From assembly GCA_043815505.1 (NCBI GenBank), contig JBDRIV010000004.1:7135-71134 (forward strand): 64,000 bases of DNA, in the 5' to 3' direction. Both the position numbers and the translations under genes were made by a program. Source of the stretch: a bacterium (lineage in GTDB: Bacteria > Patescibacteriota > JABMPQ01 > JBDRIV01). The notes below the pieces were generated by a model. That model did no database searches and was not told the origin of the DNA. It saw nothing but the letters and a program-made list of their open reading frames with translations. Of the stretch, positions 31,046-40,121 are shown in pieces. Each line of letters opens with the position of its first letter. The first letter of the stretch is position 1.

Positions 31046-32036
31046 GAGCCTTGGCTTTATTCCAAGCTGCCCAAGCACTTACCTTCACAGGATGTTTTAG
31101 CATGGCAGTTCTAGCTGTACAAATCATCCAATCTTTATCATCAAAAGTTAAAAGCTTGTCTCGCATTTTATCTGCTTTAGCAGAATTCCAAATTTTAGCA
31201 AAACTTTCATCTTTAATATTTCCCATTTTTTCAGAAATAACATTTGAGGGATAAACGAAACCAAGTGGATCCAGAAAGAAAAAATCACCCATAGCTAATG
31301 AAGGAAGTTTTCTTGGCTGATCTTCTAATACGTTATATAGCCCGTCAATAAAATATGCTCTCGCCCATCTTTTCTTGTTCATGGAACGAAGCTCATTTTT
31401 CTTAACATATTCAAATTCTTTTTTGAATTGGTCCAGACGTGCTAACTTTTCGTTTTGCTTCTTGAAATAATGCTCGGAAGACTGTACAACTGCACAGGTA
31501 AATTCTATTCCTTCTTTTACTGCCAGATCATACACCTTACAGAAATGCGCTATGTTTTTGTCTTGCGCAGTAAAAGCGAAACGAATATTTTTTAAACCAA
31601 GTGATTTAACTTCTTGCAAAGTTTTCATTACTTTTTCGTAGCCTCCGGGGACGCCACGAATTTCGTCATGCATTTTGCCAATTCCATCCAGAGAAAAAGC
31701 TATACCAATTTGGGGAACAGTTTTCATGAATCTTTCCATTTGGCGCTTTATCAGTTCTGGTGTAAATCCATTTGTAGAAATTACAATTTCAGGTCCATTA
31801 CAACGTTCGTTGATGGCTTCAATTATTTCTACAATGTCTTGACGCATAAAGGGCTCACCGCCAGAAATGTTGACATATTTCAACGTTTTCGGTAGTTTCT
31901 TGTATTCCTTAGGTTCCATTGTGCCTTTAGTCTGGTCTTTCCAGATATTACACATAGAACACTTCGAATTACACTGGTAAGTAATGGCCAGCACAGCGTC
32001 AATCGGATATGGAGTTTTTGGCTTATTTTTAGACAT
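31035..32036 (-). CDS. Radical SAM protein with a degenerate SPASM/Twitch-like C-terminus
   Basis: CNSKCSMC, SGGEP, STNG and SLDG motifs. Confidence 0.9.
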   Translation of the reverse strand: MSKNKPKTPYPIDAVLAITYQCNSKCSMCNIWKDQTKGTMEPKEYKKLPKTLKYVNISGGEPFMRQDIVEIIEAINERCNGPEIVISTNGFTPELIKRQMERFMKTVPQIGIAFSLDGIGKMHDEIRGVPGGYEKVMKTLQEVKSLGLKNIRFAFTAQDKNIAHFCKVYDLAVKEGIEFTCAVVQSSEHYFKKQNEKLARLDQFKKEFEYVKKNELRSMNKKRWARAYFIDGLYNVLEDQPRKLPSLAMGDFFFLDPLGFVYPSNVISEKMGNIKDESFAKIWNSAKADKMRDKLLTFDDKDWMICTARTAMLKHPVKVSAWAAWNKAKAHVS

Positions 32037-32069
32037 AAATCAGTTCTACTTGTTTAATCACTAAAAACA

Positions 32070-33188
32070 TTACATAATACTATAATGTTTTATTCTTGTC
32101 AAGTCTGCTGTTAACTTAGGGTTATTTAAATTTTTCAACAGATAAGCTAAATATTTAGCATTAGCCTTAATATCATTGTTTTGCATTGCATATTCTCTTC
32201 CTTTTTTCCCTATTTCATTTCTTAAGTTCTTGCTTTCTAGAAGCTTTTTAAAAGCTTGAACCCATTCCTCTTTTTTATCCGCCAAAATTCCCGTATCATT
32301 TCTGGCAAAATCAATATTCATGCCAACTGGGGAAGCTACAAAAGGAACTCCGGCCGCCATATACTGAACTAGTTTAAAACCACTCTTTCCTCTTTCCCAC
32401 TCATTGTCATGAAGTGGCATTACACCAATATCAAATTTTAATAACTCTTCAATTTCATTTTCTTTTGACCAGGGAATAATTTTAGTTTTAACATTTCCTA
32501 AAATATCTTGAGGTGTACTTTTCGGACCAATAATATGAAAAGTAAATTTAATTTCTTTAGATAATTCATCGAGCGCTGGTTTTATAATTTCTAAATATTT
32601 TAATCCTGGTTCTGAACCTATCCAACCAATAACATATTGGTTTTTCTGCTCATGATATTTTGTTGGATATTCATCAACATTAACACTATCAAAATATAAA
32701 CAAGTATTTTTAGAATATTTATCAGCATAATTTTTTAAATGTTTTGAACCTACTAATGTAAGTTTTGACATTTCTATTAAATTACCTAACTTATCTTCAC
32801 CTTTTAGGGGACGCCAATCCTTTAGATGTTCGGGGAAAGTGTAAACGGCGTCGTCAAAATCTAGGACAACATTTTTGTTTACTAGTTTAATAAATTTTTC
32901 AATCCAATCTTTACCAATAGGAAAACCTTCTTTCTGAATTATTACCACTTTTACAAAAGGGGCCACAAATAGAATTGTCAGCAACCTCAATTTTAACCCC
33001 CAAAGCAAATATATTGTCTTGCGAATTCTTTTGCCCTTAACATTTTTATTTGTAAATAGCCATTTAGAAAATATTGAATGATGAATCAAATTAACATCAT
33101 GTTTATTCAACTCATTTTTGAGCAATAAAAATCTTACCCTAGCACACGGTTCTTCGTATGGATAAGTTGTTAGGAGTAAACATTTCAT
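32070..33188 (-). CDS. GT4 glycosyltransferase
   Basis: DFDDA, IGWIGS and GKSGFKLVQYMAAG..VASPVG motifs. Confidence 0.9.
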   Translation of the reverse strand: MKCLLLTTYPYEEPCARVRFLLLKNELNKHDVNLIHHSIFSKWLFTNKNVKGKRIRKTIYLLWGLKLRLLTILFVAPFVKVVIIQKEGFPIGKDWIEKFIKLVNKNVVLDFDDAVYTFPEHLKDWRPLKGEDKLGNLIEMSKLTLVGSKHLKNYADKYSKNTCLYFDSVNVDEYPTKYHEQKNQYVIGWIGSEPGLKYLEIIKPALDELSKEIKFTFHIIGPKSTPQDILGNVKTKIIPWSKENEIEELLKFDIGVMPLHDNEWERGKSGFKLVQYMAAGVPFVASPVGMNIDFARNDTGILADKKEEWVQAFKKLLESKNLRNEIGKKGREYAMQNNDIKANAKYLAYLLKNLNNPKLTADLTRIKHYSIM

Positions 33189-34366
33189 TGGACTTTTTCC
33201 TTTACTTCCTTTTTAATTGTAGTTTCACGAAAATAATTTATCTCTTCGTCAAGACGGAGTTTTTCAATTATATTTTCAAATTGATTAGCTCTTTTTAACC
33301 AAGTATTTTCATAAGCAAATCTCATGCGTTGTTCTTTTCTGCCATGATTATCAGTAATTGCCAAGCGTACGGTTTTAGCAAAATCTGCCACAATTTCTGC
33401 TTGATAAAGATGTCCCTCAAATTCATTTTTCAAATCTAAATTGAAACTAACTACTGGTTTTCCTAACAATAAATATTCGTATATTTTTAAAGGATTGCTG
33501 GAACGATTAAATAAATTGTCTTTATATGGCAAAAATCCAACATCAAAAGAATCGATTATGGATCCTAAGCTCTCTTTGGGTTGAGCCGGATAAAAGAAAA
33601 CATTTGAATAATTTAATTGCTGCTGTAATTTCGTTTCGGTATTACCAACAAAAACAAAGGAAAAATGTTTGTTGTCAGCAATTACCTTCTCCAGCATTTC
33701 TTTGTCAATTCTTTCGTTCACTGTCCCCTGAAATCCGATAATAGGTTTGGGTAATTGTTTTAAATCGTAAATAATATTTTTATTTACTTTGCTAAAACTT
33801 TCTGGATTACAAGCATTGCGGAATAAAAATGTTTTGGGATTATACAAACTGGCTTTTTCGGCTAAAGCATTTGAGCAGGCCAAGACCGCGTCAACATTTT
33901 TAGCCATAGCTACTTGTTGCCAAGAAATATGTTTCCCATTTCTTTCTGGCATAGCAGCATAATCATCAGTCCAGTGCCAAAAATTTGTTGGATATTTAAA
34001 TTTAAGCGGAATTTTGTAATCTGCAGGGTTAGTAAATATTATCACATCTAGACTGGCATCAGAATTCTTTCTAATCGCTCTTTCAATTAGAATCTCATGA
34101 ATTTTTGCTGTCGCTTTAAATCTGTGCCAAGGAAAAAAACCAAAAACATTAATAATTTTAAGATTTTCATTTACTTGTATTTTTCTGGAAAGTAAATACT
34201 TCCATCTTTTCATATTTTTTAAAGCTGACAAAATATGCCAAGAAGGATTAATATAAGTAACCTGATGATCCTTAGACAATTCTAAGGTTAGTTCTTGTTT
34301 AGAGAACTTAGTTTCTGGCCAAAATACATTGGAAACATATACGATTTTAAGTGGTAGCTTGCTCAT
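33185..34366 (-). CDS. GT-B glycosyltransferase (TuaH-like)
   Basis: PIIGFQG and NPLKIYEYLLLGKPVV motifs. Start at ATG 34366 (MSKLPLKIV). Confidence 0.82.
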   Translation of the reverse strand: MSKLPLKIVYVSNVFWPETKFSKQELTLELSKDHQVTYINPSWHILSALKNMKRWKYLLSRKIQVNENLKIINVFGFFPWHRFKATAKIHEILIERAIRKNSDASLDVIIFTNPADYKIPLKFKYPTNFWHWTDDYAAMPERNGKHISWQQVAMAKNVDAVLACSNALAEKASLYNPKTFLFRNACNPESFSKVNKNIIYDLKQLPKPIIGFQGTVNERIDKEMLEKVIADNKHFSFVFVGNTETKLQQQLNYSNVFFYPAQPKESLGSIIDSFDVGFLPYKDNLFNRSSNPLKIYEYLLLGKPVVSFNLDLKNEFEGHLYQAEIVADFAKTVRLAITDNHGRKEQRMRFAYENTWLKRANQFENIIEKLRLDEEINYFRETTIKKEVKEKVQ

Positions 34367-35798
34367 GGTTTGATTTATAATATAAATATTCGGTAATTCC
34401 GAAAATAATTCCCAGTAACAACGTAGCAGCATAGTTGGTTAGCATCACAGTTGATAATCCAAATGTTAGAAAACCTAATAAACTGGCAATTAAGGCACTG
34501 GCAATCATTAAACTTTTAGCATCAAGTTTTCTTTTGAAAACTACTACTAAAAGTTTCCAACCATAATAAAGAAAGAAAGCTAGCATGGCTAGTAATCCCG
34601 GCACACCGGCTTTGTAAGCAATCATTAAATAGGAATTATCAATATATGGTAGATCATAAAACTGATTGCGATATTCAATTCGCACCGGTTGTCCTAAGCC
34701 GACACCAAAAACAGGATTTTCTTTTGTTTCCTCAATAATTTGTGGTGTAACAGAAACCCTAAAACGATATGACGCATCATCAGCATAATTAATATTAGTA
34801 AGAGTTTTAACGCGTTCTAATGTTTGACCGTACAATTTTGAATCTCTAACCCAAGGAATGCTTATTAGCAAGGTGACTATAATTAGAATTAGGGCTAAAC
34901 TTTTTAAAACTGTTTGCCATTTCATCTGTTTCTGCCAAACACTTAAAACTAAAAATATAATTCCACAAGCAACCAGTACCGCCCACAAGGTTCTGGTTTG
35001 AGAAAGAATTACACCTAAAGTAATGGCTAGTAAACTTAGTAAATACATAATTTTTAAGCTTGGTTTAGTCTCATATTTGATAAAAACAATTGATAACAAC
35101 CACGGTAAAAAGAAAAAACTGGTGTTGCGAAAATTAAATCTTAGTTCCTGAAAAAGACCAGGAAAACTTAGACCCATTAATCCCACCACAAAACTTTCTA
35201 TATAAGATAAAGCAAAAAAGAGAATAGAAAAACCAGCTGCTCCAAAAATGAAAGCGGACAAAAGTTTGTCTCTATCCTCATTACTTTTAAGTGATGTAAT
35301 AACCGGCAGAATTACTAAGTAATACGAGAAAGATCTGATGTCGTTCATAAAATCTGTCAACGCTGAACCGTTTAAAATTCCGTGATACGAAGCCACGGCT
35401 AACCATAAAATTAGAGGAGCACTTATTAGAATTGTACCTGTGACATATGATCGCCACTTTTCTGAACCTATTAACAGTTTAAAAAGCCAGACTCCCAAAA
35501 TTACTAACAATACCAATTCAATATATCTGATGTTAAATCCTAAAAGATTGATAGAAAAATATGACCAAGCACCAACACCTTCGGGAATAAGTAAAACTAA
35601 AGCTGCTAAAACCCCGAGCGCGGTCGGCAAATTCTTCCAAGCCAAATAGATTAGGCCTGAAACTGCTATAATTCCAAAAACTGCCATCGCTCCAGAATAA
35701 GCCACCATTCCAGACGCTAATAATATTAAAAGAGCACCTCCGATTAACGCGAGAAGTGAAATATCAGGAAATATTTTTTTGACTTGCGCTTGTTCCAT
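34347..35798 (-). CDS. O-antigen ligase / Wzy-like polymerase
   Basis: About 12 TMs; SQTR, S..FR, PVFGVGLG and DNSYL...G..G Wzy_C-type motifs. Confidence 0.82.
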   Translation of the reverse strand: MEQAQVKKIFPDISLLALIGGALLILLASGMVAYSGAMAVFGIIAVSGLIYLAWKNLPTALGVLAALVLLIPEGVGAWSYFSINLLGFNIRYIELVLLVILGVWLFKLLIGSEKWRSYVTGTILISAPLILWLAVASYHGILNGSALTDFMNDIRSFSYYLVILPVITSLKSNEDRDKLLSAFIFGAAGFSILFFALSYIESFVVGLMGLSFPGLFQELRFNFRNTSFFFLPWLLSIVFIKYETKPSLKIMYLLSLLAITLGVILSQTRTLWAVLVACGIIFLVLSVWQKQMKWQTVLKSLALILIIVTLLISIPWVRDSKLYGQTLERVKTLTNINYADDASYRFRVSVTPQIIEETKENPVFGVGLGQPVRIEYRNQFYDLPYIDNSYLMIAYKAGVPGLLAMLAFFLYYGWKLLVVVFKRKLDAKSLMIASALIASLLGFLTFGLSTVMLTNYAATLLLGIIFGITEYLYYKSNHEQATT

Positions 35799-36943
35799 TA
35801 TGTTTTTAATTGATTAATCATTACTGGTTCCATAATATTTTCTGATGAAACTTTTGCCAATTCAGAAATACCTTCTTTAACAGATTTAATTATATAAGAA
35901 ACGTCTTTGTCTGAAAGTTTGTCATGAACTGGCAAGGTAATTAAATTTTGCCAAATTTTGTCAGCCACGGGATATTTGGTCGGATCATCTTGAAAATAGG
36001 TATGTAAATGTAAGGGTTTGTAATGCACAGAAACATGAATTCCCTTATTTGTTAGAAACTCAACTAAAGCATTTCTATTAGTCACTCTGGCAATATAATA
36101 TTGAACCGTTTCCGAATAAACAGGTTTTTTTATAAAACCATTTAGTTCAGCATCATAGCGAGCAGCGATAACACGACGTTTGGCATTTTTTTTGTCCAAT
36201 TTTTTCAATTGTTCTAGTGCAATAGCGGCCGGAATATCAGTCATATAATATTTATAACCAAGCGAATCAATGTCGTACTCCCAGGCATAGTTCCCTTTTC
36301 TAATTCGTTCGTAGGTACTTTCCTTTACTCCGTACCAAATCATAGCTTTAATTTTTTCGTACAACTTTTTATTATAAGTCGTTATCATGCCACCATCACC
36401 AGCGGGCAAATTTTTTATAGCTTGAAATGACCAACAGGCCAAATCTCCATCTTGTCCAGCACCTTTAGACAAACAAGCATGAGCACAATCTTCAATTACA
36501 GGGCCTGCAAATTTTTCCTTAATCGCTTTTATATTGGCAACAACTCCCGCATTATGAACAGCAATTACTGCTTTAGTATTTTTTGTAATTGGCAATTTTT
36601 CAGGATCAAGACATAAAGAATCTGGTTCAATATCTGCTAGTACTGTCTGACAATTATTAATCTTAGGTGCCATAGCAGTCGCCACAAAAGTCATGGTCGG
36701 AACGATAACCTCATCTTTATCACTTCCACCAGTAACAGCACCTATATTTAAAGCTTTTAAGGCTAAATCAAGAGCAGCACTGCAAGATGTTACAGCCACA
36801 GTATAAGGAACACTAATATAATCGGCGAATTTCTTTTCGAATTCTTCGACTTCTTGCCCTTTCCCCCACCATCCAGATTTGATAATCTTAGCCAAGGCCT
36901 TAATTTCTGCGCGCCCACCAACGGGACGCTGATTTGGAATCAT
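35798..36943 (-). CDS. DegT/DnrJ/EryC1/StrS sugar aminotransferase
   Basis: TFVATA, IEDCAHA and SFQAIKNL..GDGG (PLP lysine) motifs. Confidence 0.93.
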   Translation of the reverse strand: MIPNQRPVGGRAEIKALAKIIKSGWWGKGQEVEEFEKKFADYISVPYTVAVTSCSAALDLALKALNIGAVTGGSDKDEVIVPTMTFVATAMAPKINNCQTVLADIEPDSLCLDPEKLPITKNTKAVIAVHNAGVVANIKAIKEKFAGPVIEDCAHACLSKGAGQDGDLACWSFQAIKNLPAGDGGMITTYNKKLYEKIKAMIWYGVKESTYERIRKGNYAWEYDIDSLGYKYYMTDIPAAIALEQLKKLDKKNAKRRVIAARYDAELNGFIKKPVYSETVQYYIARVTNRNALVEFLTNKGIHVSVHYKPLHLHTYFQDDPTKYPVADKIWQNLITLPVHDKLSDKDVSYIIKSVKEGISELAKVSSENIMEPVMINQLKT

Positions 36944-36952
36944 AAACTTGAA

Positions 36953-37831
36953 TTATCTAAGATTATTAAAATAATCTTCTGGGTTGGGTGTTTGTTTTAA
37001 GGTTTCAGGTTGAGAATTTTCTGTTTCCTGAATTTTTAATTTATCTAAACTTTCGTCTTGAGAATCGTTGTTTTCATTAAAATAATTTTCTTCTTCAAAT
37101 TCGGTATTGCCAGGTTCGGGCGAATCGTCTGCTCGACCTTCATAATCTTCATTTACTTGATCATTGCTTTCTAATATCTCTTCTTTACCTTCATCATTTA
37201 CTTTTACCGTCACGGCATCAATATCTTTTCTAAAACCAATGGCAATAATAATTACCACAGAGAAAATAATTCCCAACAGTAGAGCACTAAAAGTGTTGGT
37301 AGCAATAGCTGGTTTAACTGGATTTTCCGAAGTGGTTGGCACGTTAACCATTTTGATCGTTACCGCATCTCCACCACCATGATAAATGTCGCCTTCATAA
37401 GTTAAAACTGAAGCAACGGCGCGAGCAATTTTTTCAGATTGATTAGGATCGGGATTGTAAACTGCTAATTTCATTATTCCCGATTTGTCAGATAAATTAG
37501 CATCTATGGTTTCGTCCCATTGTTTTTGACGTTCAATCGGATCACTTGAATAAGTATTGGCAATATCATATTTTGAATCCATTACCCGCTCAAAAAATGA
37601 GCTGGTATGAACCATATTGGTTAAAAGTGACGCTATAGTTTCGGCTGATCTAGTTGCAGTGTAGGCATCCATCGAACCCTCTTGTTCTTGAATAACAAGC
37701 ATGGTTACTTCTGACTTATATTCAGGTGTTTGAACAGCACTAAAAATAAACGTTAAAACTGTTAACGTTGTTATAAACAAGGCCAAATATGGCCAAATCT
37801 TTTTTAGGATATTGATGTAATTGTTGGGCAT
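36953..37831 (-). CDS. Wzz/CapA(YveK)-like chain-length determinant
   Basis: Two TMs, P.Y.S motif, PVKP before TM2, acidic disordered tail. Confidence 0.75.
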   Translation of the reverse strand: MPNNYINILKKIWPYLALFITTLTVLTFIFSAVQTPEYKSEVTMLVIQEQEGSMDAYTATRSAETIASLLTNMVHTSSFFERVMDSKYDIANTYSSDPIERQKQWDETIDANLSDKSGIMKLAVYNPDPNQSEKIARAVASVLTYEGDIYHGGGDAVTIKMVNVPTTSENPVKPAIATNTFSALLLGIIFSVVIIIAIGFRKDIDAVTVKVNDEGKEEILESNDQVNEDYEGRADDSPEPGNTEFEEENYFNENNDSQDESLDKLKIQETENSQPETLKQTPNPEDYFNNLR

Positions 37832-37858
37832 AAAAATACTATATTCTTAAAACAATAG

Positions 37859-37887
37859 AATATAGCACATACCTTTTTTATTGTCAA
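37859..37887 (-). promoter_or_regulatory. Sigma70 promoter of the wzz-degT-wzy operon
   Basis: TTGACA-17 nt-TATATT with TG extension. Confidence 0.75.
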
Positions 37888-37914
37888 TAGAATTAATTGA
37901 TTGGCCTATTTTTA

Positions 37915-39063
37915 CTACTGTTCAGCCAGAACTATTTTTAGTGAAAAATTATTATCTTCTCTAATCACTTTTAGTATTACTTCATCTTGAGGATCAAAGT
38001 TTTGCATAATTTTGGAAAATGATGATGTTTTTCCAATCTCATAATCATCAATTTGCGTTATTATATCACCCGATCGCAGTTTGGCTTCAGCGGCAGGTGA
38101 ATCTTCTACCACAGCCGATATGCGGACATCATCAGAGTAAATGAGAATTCCATGATCAGAGGGCAAATCATTTAGTGAAGCAAATTCAGGAGTTAAAGGA
38201 ATGTATCTAATTCCTAAAAATGGTCTCAGTATTTTGCCACCAGCAATAACACTGTCAATAGCTTTTTTGGCATCGTCAATTGGCAAAGCGAAACCAATAA
38301 GCTGACCCGAACTATCTACAGCAGTATTTATACCAACAACGCGACCAGATAAATCAAGTAGCGGTCCGCCCGAATTGCCGGGATTAATAGAAGCATCAGT
38401 TTGAATAACTCCTTCTAGTTGCTCACTTTGCGAGGCAAATGAACCACCGGCGTATATATTTCTGTCTAAACCACTAACAATGCCTTTGGTTACAGTGTTT
38501 TGATAATTACCCAAGGCATTACCAATCGCTACTACAGTTTGTCCAACTTCCAAAGCAGAAGAGTTTCCTAATTCTAAAACTGGTAAAGTAGAGGCTTCAA
38601 TTTCTAAAAAAGCTAAATCATTAATCGTATCTCTTATTACCTTGGTGACTGTAAACTTTTTCCCGGCACTGGTAATTACTGTATAGGTTGCATCAGTAGC
38701 GGAAACAACATGACGGTTGGTTAAAATTAAACCATCACTGGTAATGATAAATCCCGTTCCACTTGCCTGTTGATTAATAGTTTGCCCAAAAATATTTGTA
38801 CTTTGAATATCAGCCATAATACTAACAACCGAGGAACTGGCTTCTTTAATTATATCTGTTACCGCTTCATTAATTTCGACATTTATAACTTCTTCACTCG
38901 TAGCATTGTTGTTGTTCGTTTCAGTATTTGTTTTAGAACTAAAGTAACGATCGGTAACAAAACCTCCTAAAGCGCCAGCTACTAAAGAAATTATAATTAG
39001 TAAAACTAGATATCGACCTTTTCTTTTTGGCGATTTCTTCATTTTTATTGTTTCTGTTTCCAT
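37915..39063 (-). CDS. HtrA/DegP-family serine protease with PDZ domain (copy 1)
   Basis: TNRHVV, DLA and INPGNSGGPL motifs; N-terminal TM. ATG 39063 lies just after the upstream stop. Confidence 0.93.
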   Translation of the reverse strand: METETIKMKKSPKRKGRYLVLLIIISLVAGALGGFVTDRYFSSKTNTETNNNNATSEEVINVEINEAVTDIIKEASSSVVSIMADIQSTNIFGQTINQQASGTGFIITSDGLILTNRHVVSATDATYTVITSAGKKFTVTKVIRDTINDLAFLEIEASTLPVLELGNSSALEVGQTVVAIGNALGNYQNTVTKGIVSGLDRNIYAGGSFASQSEQLEGVIQTDASINPGNSGGPLLDLSGRVVGINTAVDSSGQLIGFALPIDDAKKAIDSVIAGGKILRPFLGIRYIPLTPEFASLNDLPSDHGILIYSDDVRISAVVEDSPAAEAKLRSGDIITQIDDYEIGKTSSFSKIMQNFDPQDEVILKVIREDNNFSLKIVLAEQ

Positions 39064-39065
39064 AT

Positions 39066-39836
39066 TTATATTGTCCATTGTGAAGTACTGATTGTTATTA
39101 TAACAGCTATTAAGCTTATTGTTAGAGTCCTAATTATAGCTGCTCGATTCAAAGTATAAGTTAAACTTTGAGCCATGATTTGGGACAAGGCAAAGTAAAC
39201 TGTCAGAATTGTAAAGGCAATGGCTAAATTAGTTATTGGCCAAAACATTATTACCCAACCAACTTCGGCTATAAGAAATCCGATAATCACAACCTCTTTC
39301 CACCACTCTCTTTTCATCACATCATAAATCCATAAGCGTTCATAAAATAAGGCAGCGGAAATAAGAAATAACGGCAACATGATAGACCATGGTGGTAAAT
39401 CCAAAAATATTCTAAAGCTATAAATGGCACTTACAAAAAAGAAGAATGTAAATAAAATGAAAATTTCAAAATATTTTCCGTAATATTCTTTTTGTTTTCC
39501 TTCACTTGTCGTCATCATATTATTGATAACAAACAACATCCAACCATAGATTAAGCTGGCAATAACTAAGAAAATGTGAGCAATCATTTCATTTCTTAAC
39601 AAGGCCACAAAACTTCCTAAACTTATAATGTAAAGGATGGGAAGGATAAAATTCTTTAGCTTCTCTTTTTGACGAAGGTGAGGTTTGATAATTCCGAGTA
39701 ACATTATACTCGTTAAAAGAATAATGGCAGCAAAAATTGCTATAAAACTTCTAGGATTACGCAATACATATTCAGTTCCCGCTAAAAGAATTAGCGGACT
39801 GAAGAAAACAAATATTTTATTGGGGTCAAATTTCAT
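39066..39836 (-). CDS. Polytopic membrane protein of unknown function
   Basis: About 9 hydrophobic helices and an E..W...FWP motif. ATG 39836 preferred. Confidence 0.75.
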   Translation of the reverse strand: MKFDPNKIFVFFSPLILLAGTEYVLRNPRSFIAIFAAIILLTSIMLLGIIKPHLRQKEKLKNFILPILYIISLGSFVALLRNEMIAHIFLVIASLIYGWMLFVINNMMTTSEGKQKEYYGKYFEIFILFTFFFFVSAIYSFRIFLDLPPWSIMLPLFLISAALFYERLWIYDVMKREWWKEVVIIGFLIAEVGWVIMFWPITNLAIAFTILTVYFALSQIMAQSLTYTLNRAAIIRTLTISLIAVIITISTSQWTI

Positions 39837-39846
39837 GTTATCAGAC

Positions 39847-39874
39847 AAAAAACACCCCTGGAGGGAATGTTTTC
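39847..39874 (-). terminator. Possible intrinsic terminator
   Basis: AAAACATTCCCTCCAGGGGTGTTTTTT hairpin with U-tract, downstream of the Zn-finger gene. Confidence 0.55.
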
Positions 39875-39889
39875 TGCTTCAAATATAAA

Positions 39890-40096
39890 TTATTTAATTG
39901 CGCCAATTCTGAACATCTTGGTGCCGCATTTTGGACAAGTTCCTTGAACTGCTGGACGACCATTTTTCATCTCAATTTGGTTTGGCTCGTTCATTTGTTG
40001 TTTAGCTTTGCATTTGACACAGTAAGCCTCAACTTGTGGTGTGTCATCACTTTGGGTGTCGTCACTTTTTGTGTCTTCACTTGGTGCATCTGCCAT
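39890..40096 (-). CDS. Small Zn-finger protein (DUF5679-like)
   Basis: AYCVKCK...KNGRPA..GTCPKCGTKMFRI. Confidence 0.82.
   Translation of the reverse strand: MADAPSEDTKSDDTQSDDTPQVEAYCVKCKAKQQMNEPNQIEMKNGRPAVQGTCPKCGTKMFRIGAIK
40041..40085. repeat. 3 x 15-nt coding tandem repeat (S[E/D]DT[K/Q/P])
   Basis: GTGTCATCACTTTGG / GTGTCGTCACTTTTT / GTGTCTTCACTTGGT. Confidence 0.75.
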
Positions 40097-40121
40097 GTTG
40101 TTTTTGTTAATTATAAATAAT

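Noticed and set aside
31240-31310. Possible selenocysteine or recoding at the missing SPASM cysteines
   Set aside because: The codons are TCA (Ser), not TGA, and TGA acts as a normal stop elsewhere (rplW, the hydrolase gene).
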